Below are positions 28,201 to 38,446 of a stretch of 64,000 nt of DNA, one piece after another (positions within the stretch are counted from its first letter, which is position 1; the number at the start of each line of letters is the position of its first letter). Origin of the DNA: Lingula anatina (lineage: Eukaryota; Animalia; Brachiopoda). Both the position numbers and the translations under genes were made by a program. The stretch spans positions 14,322,001-14,386,000 of the forward strand of contig CM120649.1 of assembly GCA_051362555.1 (NCBI GenBank), read 5' to 3'. Under the pieces are notes generated by a model. It searched no databases. It was not told the origin of the DNA and saw only the letters and a list, made by a program, of their open reading frames with translations.

Positions 28201-31200
28201 TGATGGTGCTGGGGCTGTTGCTGACGTCACTTTTAAATGGAGCCCTGACTGTGGCCATATCTTTTGGCATTATATATGGGACTGGCTGCGGGTTGGTTCT
28301 CGTTTGTACGTATTCAGTGATAGCTCTCTGGTTTCCATGGTCACACAAGTACCACGTGTTAACAACCAGTTCGTTGAGCAACATGATGCCTGTTGGTAAG
28401 TATATGCAACCCATTGAATATAATGGTCATAACAATTATGAATAAAGGAGAAAAAGAAAATTTAATACGATTTATATTTCCATAAAATATCAATCCGTTT
28501 ATAACAAAAGTATCTAAAATTACATTAAAAAGTGCAATAGAATTATTCTGAATAACCATTAAATTACTACGTAGAGATAAGCTTATGAAACTCAATTTAG
28601 TAATTCTGGGTGAAAACTAAATCAATTGAATCTGAACATTTTAACAAACCTTTAAATCGACCCATCACACTCCTTGTACTTTGACGATTCCTAGGTCTGT
28701 CACATGTCAACCAAAAATAACAGCATTATTATTTTAATTTCAGGCTCGGTAATTGTGAACAACGTTAGTGCCCTGATGTGCTCAAATCCGGCACTGGGTT
28801 GGCGTTGGGCGTTCCGAATTTATGCAGTTATCATTTCTTCTTTGGGTATTCTTCTACTACTGGTATACGGACACCCGCCAAAGTCATCAAATGAACAACG
28901 TTGCTGTCCATTAGACGAAAGGTTAATACACACGCGCGCGCGTGCGTGAAAACAGCCATAATGCAACATTTTCTGCTATAGTATTTTATGTCTTTATCTT
29001 ACATCTCATTTTTGAATTAAGGTCAATGTGCCTTTTATTTGGACATGACAGTTCCCTAAATAAAAATAGCAGACTCATTGATATTATGACTAAATCCAAC
29101 AGTATTTGCTAGAGCAATTTTATACAAGATCACTAGTCAAGGTAGTTAAAGCAAAGAAATAATATCGAACTCCATGTCTTTCAGGTCAGACTTCCTGCAA
29201 AAACCACCTTGGACTATAGGTTCCAAAATTACCATTTATGGACTATGGGCCATGGCAATATGTTGTAAGGGGTTCGCTTTCTTTTTGCCTTTTGTTATAC
29301 TAGTAAGTATGAAAGTAACGATAAATACACATGCTGACTTTGTGACAGGTTGAATTGGTATATGTGCCCGTTTTGAAATTTTGTGAACACAGCCTGGTCA
29401 ATAATAACGACATACAGAGACAGACAGCGAACATTTGTGATAACTTTTAGATGGTCATTATACTGATTATTCTTCGACACTTGTAGAACTGCAGACAAGT
29501 GGAAGGGAAATAAAAAACATCATATCATACATAAGTGATCAGTTTTTTTTTTCAGTTCTTCGGTTCAGTGGAAATGACACTAGTAATAAAAATAAGAACA
29601 AAATCAATAAGTATGTAAAAATTACCATTTATGGACTATGGGCCATGGCAATATGTTGTAAGGGATTCGCTTTCTTTTTACCTTTTGTTATACTAGTAAG
29701 TATTAAAGTAACGATAAAATTACATGCTGACTTTGTGACAGGTACAATTGGTATATGTGCCCATTTTGAAAATTTGTGAACACAGCCTGCATGGTCAATA
29801 ATAACGACATACAGAGACAGACAGCGAACATTTAAGATACCATTAAGATGGTCATTATACTGATTCTTCTTCGAAACTTGTAGAACTGCAGACAAGTAGA
29901 AGGAAAATAAAAAAACATCATATCAGATATAAGTGATCAGTTTGTTTTTTAGTTCGGAGAAAACGACACTAGTAATAACAATAAAAACAAAATCAAAAAG
30001 TATGTAAAATAATAACAATTGCATGAATTCGTATTATGCATAAGCAGATATGAATAAATATTAGAATAGAATTAACACAGTAAATTAAATAATTTGTCAA
30101 TTTTCTCTTTTTCAGCCAAAACACGTGACCGACCTCGGATATAAGGAGAACGAAGCAGAATATGTGATGACTGTTCTAGGAATCACGGGCCTGATAGGAC
30201 AGATGTTTTCCTCTTTTGTAGGAGACTATCTGAAAGGAAAGTTAATGGTGGTGAATGTGGTTGCAGCAGCTTTGCTCGCAGTTAATAATATCATCGCCGC
30301 ATATTCGACATCTTTGACTGGTGCGTTTATATATAGTGCCAGTAAGTGTTCTTTACTTACCTGACTCTTACAATGATAAACTTTTTGTTCCACCATTTTG
30401 ATGTTATTTACTAATTTTCTTTTCTTATGTTAGCTATGATATTTTAAGGACGTCTTACAGAGAGAAATATGAAAAACGTGATCATGCAAATTATTAGTAG
30501 ATTTTCAAGTTGCAGAGGAAAGGAAAAATAACGTTAATGTTAATGTATATTTTCCTATGTAATGATTATCAAAATCTCCTTAAATTGATGATTCCCAAAA
30601 AAACAAGCAATATTTTATCATTTAACCAAATTGTGATACAATATTTCAGTCACTGGTCTGGCTTTTGGTCCATATAATGCCGGGTACTTTGCTGTCTTCA
30701 ATGAGGTCATGGACGGCGAGAACGTTGACACGTTATTTATGACAACGCGTTTAAGTAAAGGCGTTGGAGCTACTACGGGTCCTTATTTGGCAGGTAGATA
30801 TAAGACTTCTTTCAAAACATATTTATTTGTCCTAAATCCTCTTGGTAAGCACTCCTCCCGTCTTTCTGTAACTCCTTTTTTTAATAATGCCTCAAAAAAA
30901 GTTTTGTATACGAACCACACATGAAGAAAATACTTCCATTTGTACAAGGTATACATTAATTTATATGTTTATTTAAAATGTTATTAAGAAACAATGTGGA
31001 AGAAATCATGTATATATTGCAGCCTACGGTCTTGTATGGAGAAAGAGAGAGAGTTTAGAACAGCGGACTAGCAGATCCGCGGATCAAATATGGCCCACTT
31101 GCATGCGTGTTGCGTACTCCCCATGGAGAATCTAATCATTGTCTAATCGGGAATTGCGTGGCAAGTTTTTTAGTGGGTCGTCATATTTGATTGGCGGATC

Positions 31201-31502
31201 TGTAAGCCCGCTGTTCTGAACGCACTTATGGAGAAAGATAGAGAGAAGTTTAGCAAATTATCCATCATAGCTCCATCATTGCTCATTTGTGCTGTTTGAG
31301 ACGGTATGTAGATATCTATATCCATTCTTTTACTTCTTCAGGCTATATCCGTGACGTCACAAGGAGTTACTACGCAGTGTTTCTATCTATTGCCTCATGC
31401 TTCGGTGTGTTTGTCCTAACAACGGGTGTAATTATATTTATCAACAAGTGGAGGAACTTGAAAAGTATAGAACTGATGAAGAATAGCATTTTGTATGAGT
31501 AA
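25277..31502 (+). CDS. SLC16/MCT-like MFS transporter, copy C (429 aa)
   Basis: Exons 25277-25427, 28084-28395, 28744-28921, 29185-29302, 30116-30341, 30650-30793, 31342-31502. GT-AG introns and open frame. Closest to copy B. Confidence 0.88.
29225..30010 (+). repeat. ~393-bp tandem duplication covering the 3' part of exon 4, its donor and intron 4 of copy C
   Basis: aaaattaccatttatggactatgggccatgg...ttatactagtaagtat occurs at 29225 and again at ~29618. Each copy is followed by the same intronic sequence ending gtatgtaaaa. Confidence 0.85.
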
Positions 31503-31799
31503 ATACTACAAAACCAGATTTCTCGTGTTGTTTCTTAGCTTTGAGCAGTCAAAATTTGTCCGAAATTTCATTTTAAGAAATCATTCACTGAGAATAAAAT
31601 CGAGTCCAAGTGGCTCCAAACTTGGAGTCCAGCAGTGGTGCCTAAAATAACTCCCAACTGGAATCAAGTTGACTCCAATGGAGTACTGCCATCCCAGATC
31701 CCACAGGAGGGTCACAACTGACCCCATTCACACATCCCTTCATCCCTTGATTTATCTCTACAAAAGAGTCAGCATGACCCCATATTAAGGCATTTTGAC

Positions 31800-31952
31800 T
31801 CCTTGGCACATCATGAACAAAACAAGTACAATAGTGCGATAGGGAGAGACAGCAAGTATCGGCCATTTCAGACTGCTGAGTGTCCGGACGGACTCGAACA
31901 CACGTTCTCCCGCTCCAAAGGTGGACACTCTAACCACTAGACCATACAGCCA
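31800..31952 (-). mobile_element. tRNA-derived SINE head or tRNA pseudogene
   Basis: Minus strand ggctgtaTGGTCTAGTGGttagagtgtcc...gtgtGTTCGAGTCc: Pol III A and B boxes at tRNA spacing. No pairable acceptor stem. The 3' boundary is approximate. Confidence 0.6.
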
Positions 31953-32484
31953 CCTGTGATGTGGAAAGAGCAATAACAAACAGTTTGTAAATCTGGTAAA
32001 AAACAGCATGACATATATATATATATATACTTATGAGTGAGCACACCTCTCCACGGACATGCATTAGTGGCCCAAACCTACAAGTTGGAAACAAAACCTG
32101 CTGACATGTATGCCAACATATCACATAAAGGGTGTGGCAACTAAAGCCCGGGCCAGTAATAAGTGCACGAGTTCTGCATGCAGATACACACAGAAATTTG
32201 AGAAACTGATTTTTTTTTTTTCATTTTTACCCCAAATTCGCAATCATTACGTCAAGATGGCAAGTGTCAATTTTCATTAGTGTTATAGTCCCAGAACACT
32301 AAACATTTCTGTTATCCAAAAGAATGTATGGAAGGCAGTAAATAAGGAGTTTTTGGCAAACGCTTAAAGATAATAAACGACAAAAAAATGCAAACGCCCA
32401 GGGAATGTACCGGATGATTAAGCTGATAAACAATATTCCTAAGAAAAAATAGCGGACTTCCATTCCTGTTACACCTGCAATGTA

Positions 32485-33047
32485 CTAGGGTTGATTGATA
32501 AGTAGTGAGCCTCGTGTGGAAGGTATTAAGCAGCGATATCCCTTTTCAGCCCTTCTATTCCCTGACTATTTAAAGGTGTGTAGCCGAAGTTTGGTGTCAT
32601 TTGGTTAGTTTATGTCGACGAGGCAGCGGAAAGCTCAGGAAAGGTGTACGAGGGTTGATTGATAAGTAGTGAGCCTCATATAGAAGGGGTACACATTTTA
32701 CAAGTATTTTTCTTTATTTTTCAACATAGTCTCCTTGAGTATATATACACTTTTGCCAGCGAATTTTGAGAGCCTCTATGCCACTTTTATAGAAGCCCTT
32801 CTCTTGGCCGTTCAGAAACCCCTCCACTCCACGTATGACGTCGTCATCTGACACAAAGTGAGCACCTGAAATGGCCTTTTTCAATTTGGGAAATATATAA
32901 TAGTCAGAGGGAGCAAGATCAGGCGAATAAGGTGGATGTTCTATCAGTTCAAAGCCACACTCGTTGATTGCAGCCATGGCAATGACAGACTTGTGAGCAG
33001 GGGCATTGTCCTGGAGGAACAGTACACCTTTCCTGAGCTTTCCGCAG
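32485..33047 (-). mobile_element. Rearranged mariner (DD34D) element remnant
   Basis: Minus frame GKLRKGVLFLQDNAPAHKS...HPPYSPDLAPSDY...RWQKCIYTQGDYVEK* is the canonical mariner C-terminus. TA-preceded TIR c(t/g)agggttgattgataagtagtgagcctc at 32485 and 32649. Confidence 0.9.
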
Positions 33048-33119
33048 ATCCTAATTATATATTACTTTTTTGCACTATTCTGTACAAATTAAGACATGAA
33101 ATGTATCGTTTCAATCAAT

Positions 33120-33920
33120 TTTAGTTGCATCAACATTATAGTGTTAAGGTTTTAGTGACGAATTTTTGTTCCAATGTCGTCCCCGATGTCGAATTTTTTC
33201 TTGCCTTCCTTGCCGTTAATCTTGGCATATATACTGCCATTAAAATACCACGTACTTTCACATTCCGGATGGTCATTCAGCTATTTAAGTAGATCCTTGT
33301 TTTCTTTTGTACCATCGTCTGCTAGCCTCAGGGCTCTGTCGGACCTTTTTAGCACACCCCTTTTGCGCATGATACGGGATTTTATCTCTGTGTTTTTTAA
33401 CTTTAAGATGATCGGCCTGGGTTCCCCTGGTTTGCCGGGAATCCTGTGCACTGCCACAATATCATCGCCTTTCACCTCTTCCTGTATCTTCTCTTTTAAT
33501 GTTTTAATTACTAGGGCAGAAGTTGTCTGATCGCCCGATTCAGACTCCGGGATGCCATATATTTTTACATTGTTTTTTCGGCTGTATTGTTCGTTATGGT
33601 TGGCTTTTATCATTGCCGACGAAGCTACCTTGGCTGCCTCTTTCATCGCTCTGTTCATTTTGTCGATGCGTTGATCATTTTCTCGTAATGTTTGTCTCCA
33701 GCTCTAGTCCGTCAATTTTGTCTTGTAGAACTCCTATTTTCCTTTTATTTTCCTCATTTTCTATTTTACTACTTTCTCTGATTTCGTCAATTTTTATTTC
33801 CAGGTTCTGTAACTTAGCATTCATTTCTTTGACTGTTTCGCCCACAACTGTTTTAATAATTTCACTAAGGTCCTCCTTCTTAACGGTTTGCTTTATTTCA
33901 TATTCAATCTCCAAGGGATA
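33120..33920 (-). mobile_element. Degraded non-LTR retrotransposon ORF1-like (coiled coil + RRM) remnant
   Basis: Coiled-coil stretch (LQNLEIKIDEIRE...LQDKIDGLELE) followed by EQYSRKNNVKIYGIPE...VAVHRI...PRPIILKL...LRLADD, typical of L1/CR1/L2-type ORF1p. Broken by a frameshift and a stop. Confidence 0.7.
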
Positions 33921-34345
33921 TTTATTCAGTGTCTATTAGCAGATTAGACGACAAGCTTTATAGTAGATCGCCAAATTTGACCCCTGCAAACGTTTGTCAA
34001 ATTTTCGCAGGGGCAGTTAGTCCCCTCTTCTTAATGGGGCCAAAGCCCTGTTGCCCACGGGCACGTGTACGTCGCACAATTTTCCTGTCTAGTTCACCTG
34101 TGCCATGGGCTGAGCATGTAAACTAATCTAGGTGGATGACATAGGTACTTTCACTGTCTTTTGGATTTTTTCAACTGCATTTGGCAAACTGACAGGCATA
34201 CTGCCCAACCAAGAACTATATAGCAGTTTTTATTCTTACTTAGTGAAAGCATATGAAGATTTTCCTGGATATTTCTGACCGATTTCTGGAAACCGTGTGA
34301 ACCTCCTTGGACCCGACATTGGAGACCTGGACATATTGGAGATCA

Positions 34346-34472
34346 ATGGTATTTTCTGGTCTGTACAGGGGTTGGGTCGTGCTTGGAATATCCATTCCAT
34401 TATTCGTGCTCTCCACAGGGATTGAAACATCTTGGGGGGGCAGTATGCCGGCGGCGGCTCTTGCAGAGCTAG
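34346..34472 (+). CDS. Duplicated transporter exon 1 (candidate alternative first exon of copy D, or pseudo-exon)
   Basis: MVFSGLYRGWVVLGISIPLFVLSTGIETSWGGSMPAAALAELG|GTAAG. 127 nt, a net in-frame loss of 27 nt. No other transporter exon before 38447. Confidence 0.6.
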
Positions 34473-35315
34473 GTAAGAACTTCTTTCGTGTGTACCTAAA
34501 GACTGCCTTTCATACATATTTAAAAATAAGACATGCTTTTCTAAAGATAATATCACTACCAATCTCTTATACAACTCAAATGAAAAAAACATGCCAGGAA
34601 ATAACCAATATTATTCTTTCGGTCAATCAAAAAAGTTTTAAACTACACCTTCTCTAAAATTTCTTCTTGTTAACTTGACCTATTTATACCTCCTTACATT
34701 TTGTGATGCAACGAAAAAAGAAACGAACGGAATAAAGTAACGGAATCATGTGGTATTTATTTTAAAAATACTATTTGAAATTATATTGTGGCATCTGGTC
34801 GGGTTAAGTTGCATTAATTTAATACATCTACTCGTTTCGTATGCATTTTCAACCTGATTAATACAGCAGCATTTTTGAAAGTAAGAAAGTAATCATCTTA
34901 CAAAATTTAACTTTGTCATTTTCTTTATCATTGTTGAAGTTAATAAAGTTCATTTCGGTACAAAGAAATGCATGTAGTGAAGCTTTTAACTGTTTGTAAT
35001 TTGAAACCTCAGTATAAAACGTTGCTCATCTAGATGAATCCAAATATTTTTAGTAAGAGCAATTACGCCTTCACATATTCAATATTTTCATAGCCGAAGC
35101 TGCGTGTTTGTAAATCTCTAAGCCGAATCATATTATACAGCAACCGAGTCAACTTGCATGTCCAAAGACCTTACTGGGTCGCCCCATGTATAGCAGGTTC
35201 TAATGAGCTCACAAGTTATTCATGTAACTTGATCATGTGGAATTATGTACAAAAAGTTTATGACAGGTGACACATCTTTCATACAATTTATGTCTCATTA
35301 CCTACCTCATGATTA

Positions 35316-36103
35316 CCCTCTACCAGACCGGCGGAAAATATGTGCACTTTTCGGTATCGCGACCCTGTGGTTTTTGGCCAGATGGAAGCAATAAAATCTG
35401 CACGCGAGCAGATGGCACTGCGCCCGCTATTTAGGGAGATGCTACAGGACATTCCTTAGTGAACTTCAATCTGAAATAACAAGCTATTCAGAAGGGGCTA
35501 TTTTAATCTGTCACAACAGAGCAAATGATTAAATTCCCAGCAATTAAAGGTATAATAACTCTTTGTTTTGGCCAAAAAATGAATTTTCCTGGAGTACACA
35601 ACAATTTTCCCATACTTACCCATGTTTAATGAATCCATTTTTACATTCAAAGTTAGTCCCTGTTTTTTTTTCTAAAAAGTTTGGTTTTTTGTTAAAATCT
35701 CTTAAGAGGTTATAACAGAGCATAGCCATCAATGGAGGTCACGTGATCTAAAGACAAGCTCAGATATCAGAATAATAGCTATAATAATAGCGTTTTTGTG
35801 GTAAAACAGAATAGATTATATTTCTATGAGTTATTCACAATGTTTTTATTGTGAAATATAGATCTCATACGAAGAGTTATTATCCCTTTAACTGTTTTGA
35901 TTGGTATCAGAGGGACTTAGCAGTACATAGTAAAGTTTCAATTTAATTCCCGAGTAGTTATGCACACAATTAACAGACATGTAATCAACCTACAGATTTC
36001 AGCACAGGGCCACAGTAATAACATTGACCATATCCTGTAATTATAGCCAGAAACATTATCCGTGAATATCTAGTGAAAAATGAATATGTGGCCTGGTAGA
36101 GTG
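35316..36103. mobile_element. TA-flanked non-autonomous DNA transposon (~790 bp)
   Basis: TA|ccctctaccagacc ... ggcctggtagagtg|TA short TIRs. Absent from the duplicate block at ~40150. Confidence 0.55.
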
Positions 36104-37729
36104 TACTATATAAAGTAGTTATGTGATGAATACTATATAAAATGTTGGCCCTAGTTGATTACAAAACGTTGAAATATGTTCATCGGTTCAAAATTTAGGT
36201 TAGGTATCAGATGTTCTTTTGTCACAAATTAATATTTTATAATGCCCACAGAAACGTTTCAATACCAATCCGCAATGTTTAAACCCCATTCCTATAGACA
36301 CCATCGATATACGATGATCGATCCAACTTCACGGAGAATTTTGCTGAGTGCAATCAACTGAATGTCACGACTCCTCACGCCTCCTCTTGACATCTATACA
36401 GAAGAGCTGATGGTCATGTATACGAGTTCGTGGAAAACGAGAGGAGGCGTGTCATTCAGTTAAGCTGATTGCACTCAGCAAAAGTTCCCGCAATGTTTGA
36501 TAGAGCTGCGTAGACCGATAGTATCTAAGAGAATGTTGGTCTATGCTAAGTTTCCAGTTGAAGACTGATAGTGGAACTGCTACTACTTAATTTCACCAGC
36601 ACGTAATTTTGTAAGATATAGTATTGCAGGGAAAACCGCTGCCAGTTGTACAATCAGAATAGAAGCTATTGAACAAAGGATAAAAACTTGAGACAACTAG
36701 CAGGTTGAAAAGGATTTATGTCTTGACCAACGCTATATTAATTTCAATCACAAATCACCAAAATATGACTTTGAAGGTTTAAATCCCCAATATAGGCTCT
36801 GTTAGAATGTAATCACCTACTCTTGTGAGGCCTATTGTACAATTCTGCCGTGATTAGAGAAAATGAGCGGATGTCACTGGCCAAGACAAGAGCAACACCC
36901 ATCTAAATTTATACATTTTCAGACATCAATGTATCGTCAACAAAAGAAAAGGCCACCAGGATCACTTTTGTATTTGATCTCCCTAATGTCCCTGTACAAA
37001 CTCATACGGGTTTTACAGCCATATAACTTCTTCTAGTGAGTATATGACTTTTTTTAAAAATCTCCACGCTCAAACATGGTTTTGGGGGCTGGGGTGAAAA
37101 AAGTGGCTACAGAGTAGAATGTATGGTTACATTTTATGTTTGAATGTCTTGGGGAGAGGTATATTAATCAACAAAATACATCATATATGCATTTTGGTAA
37201 TATATAACTACCCCGGTAGATAAGAGGGGTAAGCATACATAAGATTTACATGTCTGCTGACTGAAAATCCACTTCGAAAGCTGGAAATATCGAAATTGAG
37301 CATAAACCCCGGTTTTGAGGCTTAATATTTGGCAGAAGTTAAAAGGGTCCCCAGACATGTATTTTAGTCCAATAAGGTCAAATTATGTGAACCTTCACCT
37401 TGCCGCACTTGTCTGTTGATTAGGAAAACTTGTACCTAATACCAAGTTAATTTTCACCATGTAAATTAAAACAGATCAAACAACTCAAAGTTTTGACACT
37501 TTGCCAGTCAGCTCTGAACCGTGTAAATTGCACTCGTTAAAAAGCCACCCATCAGCAAGCACATCAGCAAAAGCAGAATGACAGCTGTATTTATACATGG
37601 GTTAAAATACTTTTGGCGGCCATCTTTAAAAAATTGTCACTGGGTATCACAAGGTGCTGGTGCTGGTTTTAAATACAACGATTCTAGCATCAGCTCTTAA
37701 AGCAACCTGGCCATGCCCATTGTATTCAT

Positions 37730-37979
37730 AACTAGAAAAGCACTCCGAGAGCGCAGACCTCCGCCAAGGCAGCAATTTTTTTATTATTATTGATTTTTGA
37801 TTAATTTTTGATCCGGATCACCACCAAAAAATAATCATCTGTTCCCTGGCCCACTTCTGACAGTTCCTGAAAATTTCATCAAAATCGGTCCATAATTTTT
37901 TAAGTTATGTTGATGACAGTCAGACAGAAAGACAGACAAACAAACAGGGGTGAAAACATAACCTCCTTGGCGGAGGTAA
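37730..37979 (+). mobile_element. Helentron-associated (HINE/DINE-like) non-autonomous element
   Basis: Starts aactagaaa. Subterminal IR acctccgccaagg (37757) / ccttggcggaggt (37965). Core aaatttcatcaaaatcgg, (gaca/aaca)n microsatellite, then gtgaaaacataacctcc. Confidence 0.6.
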
Positions 37980-38446
37980 GAAAAAGGAACAATTGACCAA
38001 GTTCTTTGGCCATGAACAGAGACACTATTAAATTATCATTCCATTTCTCGAGAATATTCTTTACCAGTCTCTTATGAAAGGTTAATGCCCGTTATTTTGC
38101 TACCTTGATGCCATTATATAACAAACACACTCCAGTGATTTCAAATCCCTGTCGCCCACAGGCACTTGTAAGTTGCACAAATTTTCCTGTCTAGTTTACC
38201 TGTGCCATGGGCGGAGCATATGAGCGAATTTAGGTGGATGACATAGGTACTTTTACTGTCTTTTGGATTTTTCAACTGCATTTTGGCAACCTGACTGGCA
38301 TACTGCCCAACCAAGAACTATATAGCAGTTTTTATTCTTACTTAGTAGAAGCATATTAGATTTTCCTGAATATTTCTAACCAATCTCTGGAAACCGTGTG
38401 AACCTCCTAGGACCCGACATTGGGAACCTGGACATATTGGAGAGCA

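Larger units (their letters stand above)
34041..36604 (+). repeat. Segmental duplicate of ~38142-40632 (promoter, exon 1 and intron 1 of copy D)
   Basis: Colinear similarity from ccctgt(t/c)gccca... to ttcaccagcacgta, including a shared hairpin MITE (~36285-36540 / ~40325-40565), with copy-specific insertions. Confidence 0.85.

Noticed and set aside
31875-31952. Functional tRNA gene
   Set aside because: A and B boxes are present but the acceptor and anticodon stems do not pair. A SINE head or pseudogene fits better.
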